NCBI GenBank assembly: GCA_963767925.1
Contig: CAVYGB010000002.1
Location: 320,001 to 384,000, forward strand
Origin: an uncultured delta proteobacterium
Lineage (GTDB): Bacteria; Myxococcota_A; Polyangia; Fen-1088
Direction of reading: 5' to 3'
Length of the DNA stretch: 64,000 nt
Shown: positions 1 to 9,628 of the stretch, in pieces
Position numbering within the stretch: position 1 is the first letter of the stretch
Layout of the letters: every line of letters starts with the position of its first letter
The notes under the pieces: generated by a model
The model's input: only the letters and a program-made list of their open reading frames with translations
Told to the model about the DNA's origin: nothing
The model's database searches: none
Program-made: the position numbers and the translations under genes

Positions 1-1407
1 GAGGCGGACCCGACCGTCCTGGTGCACGGCCGCCAGGTGCACCCAGCGGTGCAGGGCCCCGGGCAGCGGGTGGCGGAGGGTGCCGTTCCAGACGTGGCTG
101 GCCAGGCTGAGCCGGTCGTCGTCGAAGCCGAAGAAGAAGTGGTCGCGCTGGCCGCTGCCGAGCTGGCGGGTGGCCAGCACGCGCAGGCCCCGCTGCGCGC
201 GGGTGCGCTTGACCCAGGCGGCGACGGTGAGGTCGGCGCTGCGGCCGAAGCGAGGATCGGGGCACTCGAGCCAGCCGCGGCCGCTGAGGTTGACCGCGCC
301 GGCCAGCCGGCCCTCGACCCAGTCGGCCTCGGGATCGAGGCCCCGGAGCTGGCAGTCGGTGGCGTGGCCGGACTGGTCGCGGGCGGCGGGGCTGCCCCGG
401 CCGTCGTCGAAGCGCCAGTAACCGATCAACCCCTGCGCCAGGCGGGCGCGGCTGTCCCTGGCGACCGCAAAGGGCCCCGGCAAGGTGGCGGCGAAGTGCC
501 GTGCCTCGGGCGCGCGCAGGCGCGGGGCGGACGGGCGGACGCTGTCGCTGCCCGCGCGGTCGAGCAGGCGCGCGGCCCGCGGGGTGGGCCCGGGCGCGGA
601 TGCGGGTCGCTCCGACACCCGGAAGGCGAGGGCCAGGGCGATCACCGCGGTGGCAGCGCCGGCCAGCGCCGCCGACACCCGCACCGGATCCAGCGGGGCC
701 AGGGGAGCCAGGGGAGGACCGGCCGGCTCTCTCGCGCTCACCGTTCCGCCCGGCGCGCTGGCGCCGCCGGGCAGGGCGGGGAGGAGCGCCCGCACCCGCC
801 GCAGGATGCGGGCGCGCGTCTCGGGCGGCGGGGGATCGGGCTGCTGCGCGCCGGCCAGCCAGGCCTCGGCGGCTCCCGGCGGCAGGGCCAGCGCCTGAGC
901 CTGGCCCATGCGGCGGACGGCCCGGGCAAAGGCGCCACGGGCGGTGACCAGGCGGCTGTACAGGGTGCTGAGCGGCTCGGTCAGGACGGCGGCGATCTCC
1001 TGCATCGCCACCCCCTCGAGGTCGTGCAGGATGAGGAGGCTGCGGTGCTTGTCGCTGAGCGCGCCGAGGGCGTCGCGCACGAGGTCCCGGGCGCGGCGAG
1101 CGGCCAGCGCCTGATCGGGGGCGGGGGCCTCGCCGGCTACCTCGATCAGGCCGGCGGGGACCTCGCGCCGCGGGCGCTTGCGGTGATCCTGGGCCACCCG
1201 CAGGGCGATGCCGAGCAGCCAGGGGCGCAGGGGCCGCTGCGGATCGTAGTCCTGCCAGCGCCGCCACATCACGAGGAACACCTCCTGGGCCAGGTCCTCG
1301 GCGTCGGCGGGGCCCACGCCGTGGCGGCGCAGGACCCGATGAACCACGTCGAGCTCGCCGGCGAAGGCGCCGAAACAGGCCGGCAGACGGGTCGGGTGCT
1401 GCTTCAT
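1..1407 (-). CDS. ECF sigma-70 factor fused to a transmembrane helix and C-terminal LamG/concanavalin-like domain (runs off the window edge)
   Basis: Not in the ORF track (no stop inside the window); translated by hand from ATG at 1407: MKQHPTRLPACF...ADAEDLAQEVFLVMWRRWQDYDPQRPLRPWLLGIA (region 2), ...LSDKHRSLLILHDLEGVAMQEIAAVLTEPLSTLYSRL (region 4), hydrophobic VSAALAGAATAVIALALAF, then GYWRFDDG...LTVAAWVK...WVHLAAV (LamG-like). No stop codon found in this frame. Confidence 0.85.
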   Translation of the reverse strand, partial: MKQHPTRLPACFGAFAGELDVVHRVLRRHGVGPADAEDLAQEVFLVMWRRWQDYDPQRPLRPWLLGIALRVAQDHRKRPRREVPAGLIEVAGEAPAPDQALAARRARDLVRDALGALSDKHRSLLILHDLEGVAMQEIAAVLTEPLSTLYSRLVTARGAFARAVRRMGQAQALALPPGAAEAWLAGAQQPDPPPPETRARILRRVRALLPALPGGASAPGGTVSAREPAGPPLAPLAPLDPVRVSAALAGAATAVIALALAFRVSERPASAPGPTPRAARLLDRAGSDSVRPSAPRLRAPEARHFAATLPGPFAVARDSRARLAQGLIGYWRFDDGRGSPAARDQSGHATDCQLRGLDPEADWVEGRLAGAVNLSGRGWLECPDPRFGRSADLTVAAWVKRTRAQRGLRVLATRQLGSGQRDHFFFGFDDDRLSLASHVWNGTLRHPLPGALHRWVHLAAVHQDGRVRL

Positions 1408-1613
1408 CGGGCTCGGGCGATGCGGAGGTAGCCGATCCGGGCCGCGGGCTGCCCGGAGGCTTGGCTGCCGCGCGCCTGCTGGCCAGCGTACACCGGCCCT
1501 GGCGGGCACGGCGCGCCGAACCGGGCGGCCGGGCTGCTGCGGCTGGTCACCTGGCGCGGCCGGGCCTGCACGATTGTTTCGTGTGAATCGGCGGGCGCGA
1601 CCAATAGCTCTCG

Positions 1614-3488
1614 ATGAAGAAAGCAGCCACGGCGCGCTGGGGGTCCCTGTTTCTTTCGCTGGCGCTCGGCTGCTCGGGAGGGTCGGCCGGGGGACCTTCG
1701 GGTCCTGGCTCGGGGGGCGGCGGGACCGGTGGCGCGCCGGGGGGCGCGGCGGGGGCGGCTGGCTCGGGCGGCGCGCCGGGTGGCGGGGCCGGGACGAACG
1801 GGGGTGGGGGCGCCGGCGCCGGCGGGGCATCCGGCGGCGCCGGCGCGGTGGGCGGCAACAGCGGCGAACCGGGCAGCGGAGGCGGCGCGGGCAGCGGGCC
1901 GGGGCCGAGCGCGGCACCCGACGCGGGAGGGGGCGCCGCCGACGCGGGTGGCGGAGCCGCGGCCGACGCCGCGCCGGCCGACGGGCTGCCCGCCTTCTCC
2001 TGCGCCACGCTGCTGGCCCCCGGCGGGACGACGAGCCCGTGGGTCCAGGTCGACGCCACCGGCAAGCTGGTCTACCGCGCCCTCAACGCGGGTGGCGATC
2101 GCATCATGGATTTCTCCCACGTCGGCTACGGCGGCGGCGGGGTGGCGCTGCCCGCGGTGCCGGCGGTGGCGACCCTGCAGCCCTCGGGCGGCGACGACAC
2201 GGCGGCGATCCAGGGCGCGCTCGACGCGCTGGCGGGGCAGCCGCTGGCGGGTGATTTCCGGGGCGCGGTCCTGCTGGGGCCAGGCACCTTCCAGATCGCG
2301 GGGAACATCAGCCTGCGGGCCAGCGGCCTGGTCCTGCGCGGCAGCGGCTCGGGCGCGGGCGGCACCGAGATCCAGCTCATCGGCATGCCCCGGCGGGCGT
2401 TTTACATGGAGGGGACGGGCGGCCGCGTGCAGGACGCCGCCAGCGCCGCCACCATCACCGACGACTACGTGCCGGCGGGCGCGCGCAGCTTCACCGTCGA
2501 CCGGCCGCAGGCCTTCCAGGTCGGCGACCCGGTGCTGGTCGGCCGCCCGGTGACGGCCGCCTGGATCAGCCTTGTCGGCATGGACACGCTGGTGCGCAAC
2601 GGGCAGCCCCAGACCTGGATCACCCCGGGCACTGTGCACCGGGGCGAACGGGTTGTCACCGCCATCGAGGGCAACCGGGTCACCGTCGACATCCCCTACC
2701 CTGACTCGTTCGACGGCCGCTACGTCAAGCCGCCCGGCGGATCGATCGTCAAGTACACCTTCCCCGGCCGCATCACCCACGTCGGCATCGAGCACCTGCG
2801 GGTGGTGGGCCAGCCCCGCTCGGCCACCACGAGCTTCTCCTTCCTGCGCATGAGCGCCGTGCGCGACGCCTGGGTCAAGGACGTGGTGGCCCACGACGTG
2901 ACGACGGGGGTGGTCGCCACCGACACCGCCGTGCGGGTGACGATCGAGGACACCCTCATCTCGCACACCCCCGTCGCCTACAACACCGCCGCCGCCCCCT
3001 CCGACTACAACATCGACGGCACCCAGTTCTTCATCCACCGCTCCGGGTCGCGCGGGGGCAACAAGATCTTCTACCACTCGACGGCGAGCGGGGTCGTCGG
3101 GCCCAGCGTGCTGCTCGGCTTTTACGGCTCGGGCATGCGCTCGCACATCCAGCCGCACCAGCGCTGGGCCACCGGCCTGCTTGTAGACGGGGCCCGGCTG
3201 GACCAGGGCAACATCGAGTACCTCAACCGCGGCAACCTCGGATCGGGCCACGGCTGGACCATGGGCTGGGGCGTGATCTGGAACTCCGTCGCGCCGTCCA
3301 TCAAGGCCTTCCAGCCCGAGGGGGTGGCCAACTGGGCCATCGGCAACCAGGGCGCGCCCTCGGGCAACGGCACCTTCGATTCTCACGGCACCCCGGTGGC
3401 CCCCACCAGCCTGTACCTGGCCCAGCTCTGCGAGCGCCTCGGCCCACAGGCCCTGGCCACCCTCGGCTACCCCACCCCCGCGCCCTGA
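1614..3488 (+). CDS. Lipoprotein with Gly-rich linker and putative right-handed beta-helix (pectate-lyase-like) carbohydrate-active domain
   Basis: Lipobox LALGC; G/A-rich linker; IMDFSHVGYGGG, DDTAAIQGALD, GAVLLGPGTF, HQRWATGLLVD, GHGWTMGWGVIWN motifs typical of secreted beta-helix proteins. Confidence 0.7.
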   Translation: MKKAATARWGSLFLSLALGCSGGSAGGPSGPGSGGGGTGGAPGGAAGAAGSGGAPGGGAGTNGGGGAGAGGASGGAGAVGGNSGEPGSGGGAGSGPGPSAAPDAGGGAADAGGGAAADAAPADGLPAFSCATLLAPGGTTSPWVQVDATGKLVYRALNAGGDRIMDFSHVGYGGGGVALPAVPAVATLQPSGGDDTAAIQGALDALAGQPLAGDFRGAVLLGPGTFQIAGNISLRASGLVLRGSGSGAGGTEIQLIGMPRRAFYMEGTGGRVQDAASAATITDDYVPAGARSFTVDRPQAFQVGDPVLVGRPVTAAWISLVGMDTLVRNGQPQTWITPGTVHRGERVVTAIEGNRVTVDIPYPDSFDGRYVKPPGGSIVKYTFPGRITHVGIEHLRVVGQPRSATTSFSFLRMSAVRDAWVKDVVAHDVTTGVVATDTAVRVTIEDTLISHTPVAYNTAAAPSDYNIDGTQFFIHRSGSRGGNKIFYHSTASGVVGPSVLLGFYGSGMRSHIQPHQRWATGLLVDGARLDQGNIEYLNRGNLGSGHGWTMGWGVIWNSVAPSIKAFQPEGVANWAIGNQGAPSGNGTFDSHGTPVAPTSLYLAQLCERLGPQALATLGYPTPAP

Positions 3489-3592
3489 GGGTGTGTCCCG
3501 ACTCGGACTCTCAAACACCTCCAAAAGGGGAAATCCAGATCGGCCTCTGATAGGAACGATCGCGACGCGACAACTCCCATCTGGAGCACACC

Positions 3593-4483
3593 ATGCGCGC
3601 GAGCCGCCTGCTGCCGATCCTCTCCGGGCTCCTCCTGTCTCCGGCCACCGCCGACGCCACCGCCACCGCCACCGCCGAACCGGGCGACGGCGAGCTGAAC
3701 CCCCGCGAGCTGGCCGCGCGCGACAAGTGCGACGACGGGCGCACGCGGGCGGGGGTGGCGCTGTTCGCCCAGCTCTTCGTCGAGACCCTCGACCCGATCT
3801 ACATCTACCGCCAGGCCCAGTGCTACCAGCGCAACGATCACGACGAGAGCGCGATCGAGCGCTACCGCGAGTACCTGCGCCGCCGCCCCGACGCCAGCGA
3901 GCGCGACCGGCAGTGGATCGAGGCGCGCATCGGGGAGATCGAGGCCAAGATCCCGGGCGCCACCGCGGTGGACCGGTCGCTGATCGAGCCGCCGCCGCTC
4001 GCCTTCGCAACCACCACGGCGGCGCCACCGCCAGCCCACGCCGCGAGCCTCGCGGCCGTCCGTGCGCCCGCGACCGCCTCCCGCTCCACGCCGGGCTCCG
4101 CCTCTGCACCCGGCGGGCTCCAGCCGGACCTCGGGGCGCGGGCGGCGCCGCCGCCACCGGCCGGCCGGTTCTTCGATCAGTCGTGGCAGCGGGTCTCCTC
4201 GCTGGTGCTGGCGACCGGGGCGGGGGCCGCCCTGGGGACCGCGCTGACCTTCCACGTCGCCCGCGACGACGGCCCCCGGCGCCTCAGCCTGGAGGCGCGG
4301 ATGCGGTCGCCCCAGGCGGTGCCCCTCATCGGCTACGCCGCCGCCGCCCTGCTGGCCGGCGGATCCACGGTCCTCTACCTCAGCGCGCCCGAGAGCCGGC
4401 CCGGCCCGCCGCCCGCGCTGGCCGCCCTCTCCTGCACCCCGCAGGCGGCCCTCGCGGGCGTCACCTGCGGCGGCCGCTTCTGA
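3593..4483 (+). CDS. Secreted TPR-like protein with C-terminal hydrophobic segments
   Basis: Signal peptide; DPIYIYRQAQCYQR...AIERYREYLR TPR-like helices; two hydrophobic stretches and a terminal GRF. Confidence 0.65.
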   Translation: MRASRLLPILSGLLLSPATADATATATAEPGDGELNPRELAARDKCDDGRTRAGVALFAQLFVETLDPIYIYRQAQCYQRNDHDESAIERYREYLRRRPDASERDRQWIEARIGEIEAKIPGATAVDRSLIEPPPLAFATTTAAPPPAHAASLAAVRAPATASRSTPGSASAPGGLQPDLGARAAPPPPAGRFFDQSWQRVSSLVLATGAGAALGTALTFHVARDDGPRRLSLEARMRSPQAVPLIGYAAAALLAGGSTVLYLSAPESRPGPPPALAALSCTPQAALAGVTCGGRF

Positions 4484-4526
4484 TCGCGGCAGCAGCCGGC
4501 GCCAGATCGCATAGAGTGCCGCCCGG

Positions 4527-5390
4527 ATGATGTCCGAGGCGGACGCAGCACGACACGCGGATCGGGTCCGGCGCTATTACGACAACAACGCCGCTCGCTT
4601 CGAGCGCTATGGCCAGGGAGGCGCGTCGATCCACCGCGCCGTCTGGGGACCCGGCGTCAGCAGCCGGCCGGCCGCCTTCCACTACGTCGACGAGCTGATC
4701 CGGCAAACCTTGCCCGAGGGGACCACCCGCCCCCGCGTCGTCGATCTCGGCTGCGGGGTGGGGGCCACCCTGCTCTACCTGGCCAGCCAGCTCGATCTGC
4801 AGGGCGAGGGGATCACCATCAGCCCGGCCCAGGCCGCGCGCGCCGCCCAGCTCATCGCCGCCGCCGGCGCCGGTGGCCGGGTGCGCTGCCGCGAGGGGAA
4901 CTACCTGGCGCCCCCCGCCGACCTGACCGGCGCCGATCTCGCCTACTCGATCGAGGCCTTCGTGCACGGCCCCGACGCCGCCCGCTACTTCCGCGCGGCG
5001 GCCGGGCTGCTGCGGCCGGGTGGCAAGCTCGTCGTGTGCGATGACTTCCTCACCCCCCGCGCGCTGCAGCCGCCGCCGGCCGCGGCCCGCTGGCTGGACG
5101 AGTTTCGCCAGGGCTGGCGGGTGGGCTCGCTGGTCAGCGTCGAGCAGGCCCGCGACCTGGCCGGCGCCGCCGGGCTGGTCCCCGCGCAGGACCTCGACCT
5201 CACCCCCTACCTCGAGCTGCGCCGCCCCCGCGACCGCCTCATCAGCCTGCTCGTCGCGCTGGCCCGCCCCCTGCGCATCGATCGCGACTACTGGCAGTCC
5301 CTGGTGGGGGGAAACGCGCTCCAGCGTGCGCTGGGCGCCGGATATCTCAGCTACCGCTTCCTCGTCTTCGAGCGCCGTCCGGGAGCCTGA
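4527..5390 (+). CDS. Class I SAM-dependent methyltransferase
   Basis: VVDLGCGVG SAM-binding motif, GITISPAQ, YSIEAFVH, LLRPGGKLVVCD. Confidence 0.85.
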   Translation: MMSEADAARHADRVRRYYDNNAARFERYGQGGASIHRAVWGPGVSSRPAAFHYVDELIRQTLPEGTTRPRVVDLGCGVGATLLYLASQLDLQGEGITISPAQAARAAQLIAAAGAGGRVRCREGNYLAPPADLTGADLAYSIEAFVHGPDAARYFRAAAGLLRPGGKLVVCDDFLTPRALQPPPAAARWLDEFRQGWRVGSLVSVEQARDLAGAAGLVPAQDLDLTPYLELRRPRDRLISLLVALARPLRIDRDYWQSLVGGNALQRALGAGYLSYRFLVFERRPGA

Positions 5391-6008
5391 GCGCGATCGG
5401 GCCGCCGCGCAGACCCTTCACCCCTATCAGTTCCATCGGGGCCGGGATCTCGGTCGCAAATCCGACCTTGATCGCCCATCCCCGCCGCCCTGCCCCGGGG
5501 CCGAGATCGGTGGGCCGCGCACTCCGGAGGCTGCCGGCGCAGCCGCACCTGGCGGCGACTCCGAGCGAAGGAGGGCAAACAGACCCCACCAAGGCCCCCT
5601 CTGACCTCGACCATTCGCCGAGCGCCGTCAGATCCCTGCGCCTACGCTTCGGGAGCTGTGACCCCGTTGCCCCGCTTCCCAAGCCCGCCGGTCGAGGCCG
5701 GGGCCTCACGGTCGGTTCTCCTCAGTGTCAGTGGGCTCACGACTTCGATCCGCAGAACTACGCCTGGCCCGAGGTTTCGTCTGAATCCACAATACCCCAT
5801 CATTTATCCGGAGATCGATCTTCGTATCGTGGGGTCCGGCGTACGCCTCCCCAGGAGGATGGTCATACGAAGATCGCGATCCTTCGCTCGTCGCCATCAA
5901 GGCGTGGCGAGACCTCAATGATCAGGAAGTCATCGGGCGACCCTGGTCACCCTGTTGGGAAGACCGCGCGTGGTCTCATGGGATGCTGGCGGACAGGGAT
6001 CCGTCGCA

Positions 6009-7790
6009 TCAGAGTTTCAAGATGTATTCGGACCTTTCCTGTTCTGGAGCTGGGCTCCGGCGGGAGGGAAGAGGATGCCGCTCAGCAGGTGGAAGCACCT
6101 CGTCCGAGAGGGACGGGCGTAGTCCGAGGACCACCGTCTGATCAGAGAGGGGGCTGATTGACAGTCGCTTCTCCTCATAGCCGGGAGCGCGAAAGGTCAT
6201 GGCCAGAGCCCGGGATCCTCGACGCACTCTCAGCGGCCAGCGGACTTCCTGCCCCTCGAGGATGGCAACGAGTCCGGAGGGCGCATCTGCGAGGTAAATC
6301 GTGACATCGACCGAAGCGCCATCGGGGATGTTCCCCACTGCTGCGGCGGCGGGTTCGGATTCCGCCACCACGGACGCGGCGGCCCCTGCCGGCGCAGGCG
6401 GGGCGACGATCTCCGAGGTGGCGGTGGCTGGTGCGACCGGCTCCGAGACGGCCAGCTCGATCGGGGGCGTGCTGGATCGAGAGAGATGAAGGGCCGCCAA
6501 GACCACGGCGAGGGCCCCCGCAGCGGCGACTATCCAGGGAGCAGCCTTCCCTTTTCGGATGGAACGCGCTTCGTGGGTTCGCGTCTCCGACAATCCGTGC
6601 GCCTCTTGTGGCTCCGTAGGAGGGCAGGCCTGGGCGTCCGGTCGTACCTGAGGTGAAGTCTGCAAGGGTGCCAGCGGCGCGGGAGCAGCCAGGACCAAAG
6701 CGTTCATCCGGGGATGGTAGCGTTCGGTCTCCGGGGCACGCCCGTGCGCTGGCTGAGCGAGCATGGGGGCGCCAAGGAAGTCGGCCCATGCTGCGCGCAC
6801 CTTCGGGGAGGCGAACGGAAAGAGCGCCGCGCCAAGGGCCCGCACGGTCGGAAACCTGGCTTCGCGGACGGTGGCGAGGGCGCGAAGAACGGCCGCCTCC
6901 AGGGCGGGCGGGAGATCTCCTCGCAGCCGAGAAGGTGCAGGGAACTTACCCTGCTGGATGCTGCGCAGGAGTACCTGCCGATTGTCGTCGTCGTATGGGC
7001 GGTGCCCCGTCAGGCATTCGTACAGTACGACGCCGAGAGCGTACTGGTCGGTTCGTACGTCGACCTCGGCCCCCGTGACCTGCTCGGGCGACAAGTACGG
7101 TGTGGTCCCCAGGATGGCGCCAGGATCGGTCAGGGAGGCTGACAGACCTGGCTTCAGCACCTTCGAGATCCCGAAGTCGAGGACCTTCGCCGAGATCTCC
7201 TCGCCGGGACCGCGAGCAAGAAAGATGTTCGAAGGCTTGAGGTCCCGATGGATGACCCCGGCCTGGTGGGCGGCGGACACGCCCGCGCAGACGCCGAGCA
7301 TGATGTCAGCTGTCTGCCCGACTGTCAGACCGCCGATCAGACGGTCGAGCCGGCTGCCGAGGTCCTCGCCGCGAAAGAGTTGCATCACGATGAAGAGAAG
7401 CGAGTCGTCGGCCGCACCATAGTCGGTGACCTTCACCACGTTGGGGTGGTCGATCTTCGAAACAGCCTCGGCCTCGCGAAGGAAGCGTGCGCGCGCGCGC
7501 GCGTCCGTCGCGAGGTCCTCGGCCAGCACCTTGAGCGCCACCACCTTTCCAATGTCGATGTGGGTGGCCTCGTAGACCGCGCCCATGCCGCCCGCGCCGA
7601 GCGCGCGGTCGATGCGGTATCGGCCAAGCGTGGTCCCCACCCCGAGCGGGGCCGGATTGGTGCTCCGAGGAGGCGACAGCGGGCGAGGGCGCTCCCGTCT
7701 GGTCGGCAGGGTCCGGGCGGATTCGCTCTTGGGGTCGTCCGATCCTGACAAGCGCCCCGATTCTATCGACCCGGGGCGCGCTGCCGACAA
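6009..7790 (-). CDS. Membrane-anchored Ser/Thr protein kinase
   Basis: LGAGGMGAVY, VALKVL, IHRDLKPSNIF, DFG, GTTPYLSPEQ, DQYALG motifs; TM WIVAAAGALAVVLAAL; short PEGA-like tail. Start codon (TTG) uncertain. Confidence 0.93.
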   Translation of the reverse strand: MSAARPGSIESGRLSGSDDPKSESARTLPTRRERPRPLSPPRSTNPAPLGVGTTLGRYRIDRALGAGGMGAVYEATHIDIGKVVALKVLAEDLATDARARARFLREAEAVSKIDHPNVVKVTDYGAADDSLLFIVMQLFRGEDLGSRLDRLIGGLTVGQTADIMLGVCAGVSAAHQAGVIHRDLKPSNIFLARGPGEEISAKVLDFGISKVLKPGLSASLTDPGAILGTTPYLSPEQVTGAEVDVRTDQYALGVVLYECLTGHRPYDDDNRQVLLRSIQQGKFPAPSRLRGDLPPALEAAVLRALATVREARFPTVRALGAALFPFASPKVRAAWADFLGAPMLAQPAHGRAPETERYHPRMNALVLAAPAPLAPLQTSPQVRPDAQACPPTEPQEAHGLSETRTHEARSIRKGKAAPWIVAAAGALAVVLAALHLSRSSTPPIELAVSEPVAPATATSEIVAPPAPAGAAASVVAESEPAAAAVGNIPDGASVDVTIYLADAPSGLVAILEGQEVRWPLRVRRGSRALAMTFRAPGYEEKRLSISPLSDQTVVLGLRPSLSDEVLPPAERHPLPSRRSPAPEQERSEYILKL

Positions 7791-7896
7791 AATGATATGA
7801 CTTCATGGCCCAACCCCCGGCGCTTCGGCCTAGGATGTGCAAAGTAATGGATGCGTCGCGCCGAGCGACCACCGCAAGCTCCACCTATTTACTGAG

Positions 7897-9531
7897 ATGC
7901 ACATGAACCGACCCGGAAGATCAGGCGCGCGCGCGACCACCTCGGCAGCGGTGGTCGCCATTCTGCTCTGCTCGGCCCTTCCGTTTTCCGCACGGGCGCT
8001 CGAACCCAGCGAGAGAGAGAGGGCGGAAGCGGCTGTCGCAGACGGCGCGAAGATGTTCGACCAGGGCAGATTCCAGGACGCGCTTTCCAGGTACGAGGCC
8101 GCTTACGCCATCTTCCCCAGTCCCAAGATCTTCTACAGCATGGCTTTCGCCTATCAGCGCCTGGGGAAGAATGTTCCGGCCTTCAACTCCTTGGAGCGCT
8201 TCCTGCGCGATGCGCGCGACGCTGAGCCCAAGCATCTGGCCGAGGCACGGGCGGAGCTGGGGCGCCTGACGCGCAAGGTGGCTTTCGTGGCGATCTCCTG
8301 TGATACCGACCACGCCGAGGTTTTCCTCGACGGGGCTGCTATCGGATCTACCCCCCTGTCGGGCCGCATGACGGTTGACCCCGGCCGTCACGAGATCCTG
8401 ATCCGAAGCGGGCCGCTCGGAAGCCGGACGAAGACCTTCGGCGCGATCGCCGGGCGCGCGATGGACTTGCGGATCGACCTGCGGGCCGAGCGCTTTGGCT
8501 CAGCTGGCGCACAGGATCGTGCTCCCAAGCGTGCCTTGCCGTCCTCGGGACCTTCAAAGGCGGAAGCGCTCATTCGCGAGGCCACGGACCTGCGCAAGGC
8601 CGGTAAGGACGCCCGTGCCTATCCTCTCTTTCAAGAAGCGTACGAGGTCGAGACCACGCCGCGAACGGCGGCCCAGCTCGGCCTGGTCGAGATCCAGCTC
8701 GGTTACTGGCTGGAGGCGGAGCGCCACTTGACCGAAGCCCTCGCGTCTCCGCGGGATCCCTGGACCTCCGGAAACAGAGGGGACTTGGAGGCGAGTCTGG
8801 CCCGGGTGAAGGCGGCTATCGGCGAGGTTTTCGTGACGGGGACGCCGGCCGGAGCGACGGTCCTGGTGAACGGGAAACCCTCTGGCAGTCTGCCCGTGGC
8901 CCTGGTTCGTGCCGGCGAAGGCCCGGTGAACGTCGAGGTTCGGGCTCCCGGCCACGCGCCCATCTATCGGTCGCTTATCGTTCTGGGCGGTCGGCGCGAG
9001 GCGGTTCCAGTGGCGCTCGAGAAGGAAGAGACCACTCCCTTGTCGCTGAACCAGACCTCAGCATTGGGAGCAAGGACGACGGGAAGCGATCCGTCCACCT
9101 CGCTCGCACACGACTACCCGACCACGCGGGATGGCTTCCCTGGGCTGGCACGTCCGCTCGGTTGGACGGCCGCCGGCCTGGCGGCGGCCGTCGTAGCATT
9201 TGGCGCTTACCAGCATGCGGTCTGGAGGTCGAAGTTCCGCGAGTTCGAGAGCTTCGTGGTGCCCACTTCGCCGGGGCAGCCGCCTTCGACGAGTAGGGGC
9301 GATTGCGGTGCCCGCGAACCAAACCGTGGCAAGGACGGCTGCGCGACCATCTATTCGGCCTACACACGGGCAAGAACATTCGCGATCGCCAGCTACGTCG
9401 CGGGCGGGCTTCTCGCCGCGGGTGCCGTGACGATGTTCGTGATCGTCCCCCGGGAGGGAGGCGCGGGCTCGGAAATGGCCTGCGGGCCGTCGCCCTCCTT
9501 TTCTGGAGGATGGTGTCGTCTCGCATTTTGA
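7897..9531 (+). CDS. Secreted protein with two tandem TPR + PEGA units
   Basis: Signal peptide; ALSRYEAAYAIFPSPKIFYSMA and AYPLFQEAYEVETTPRTAAQLG TPR-like units, each followed by a PEGA-like unit (AEVFLDGAAIGSTPL...GRHEILIR; GATVLVNGKPSGSLP...VEVRAPG). Confidence 0.8.
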   Translation: MHMNRPGRSGARATTSAAVVAILLCSALPFSARALEPSERERAEAAVADGAKMFDQGRFQDALSRYEAAYAIFPSPKIFYSMAFAYQRLGKNVPAFNSLERFLRDARDAEPKHLAEARAELGRLTRKVAFVAISCDTDHAEVFLDGAAIGSTPLSGRMTVDPGRHEILIRSGPLGSRTKTFGAIAGRAMDLRIDLRAERFGSAGAQDRAPKRALPSSGPSKAEALIREATDLRKAGKDARAYPLFQEAYEVETTPRTAAQLGLVEIQLGYWLEAERHLTEALASPRDPWTSGNRGDLEASLARVKAAIGEVFVTGTPAGATVLVNGKPSGSLPVALVRAGEGPVNVEVRAPGHAPIYRSLIVLGGRREAVPVALEKEETTPLSLNQTSALGARTTGSDPSTSLAHDYPTTRDGFPGLARPLGWTAAGLAAAVVAFGAYQHAVWRSKFREFESFVVPTSPGQPPSTSRGDCGAREPNRGKDGCATIYSAYTRARTFAIASYVAGGLLAAGAVTMFVIVPREGGAGSEMACGPSPSFSGGWCRLAF

Positions 9532-9628
9532 CGGACGCGCGGCCCTCCTTCAGCACCGCGATCGCACGCAAGATTCCGACTTTGCTAGACTCCCCGACTC
9601 CCAAATCGTTCCAGACCACGGACAGCAC

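Noticed and set aside
22..1431. 469-aa plus-strand ORF, and similar long ORFs such as 1404..4157, 19699..21756, 24904..27450 and 55511..58894
   Set aside because: Antisense or off-frame shadows of real high-GC genes with no recognisable motifs.
5565..5620. GGGCAAAC resembling the start of a c-di-GMP-I riboswitch
   Set aside because: The GNRA-capped P2 stem and downstream conserved elements are absent.
5391..6008. Possible tRNA/att site or small gene at the left edge of the lower-GC segment
   Set aside because: No cloverleaf, no direct repeat matching the right edge and no convincing ORF were found.
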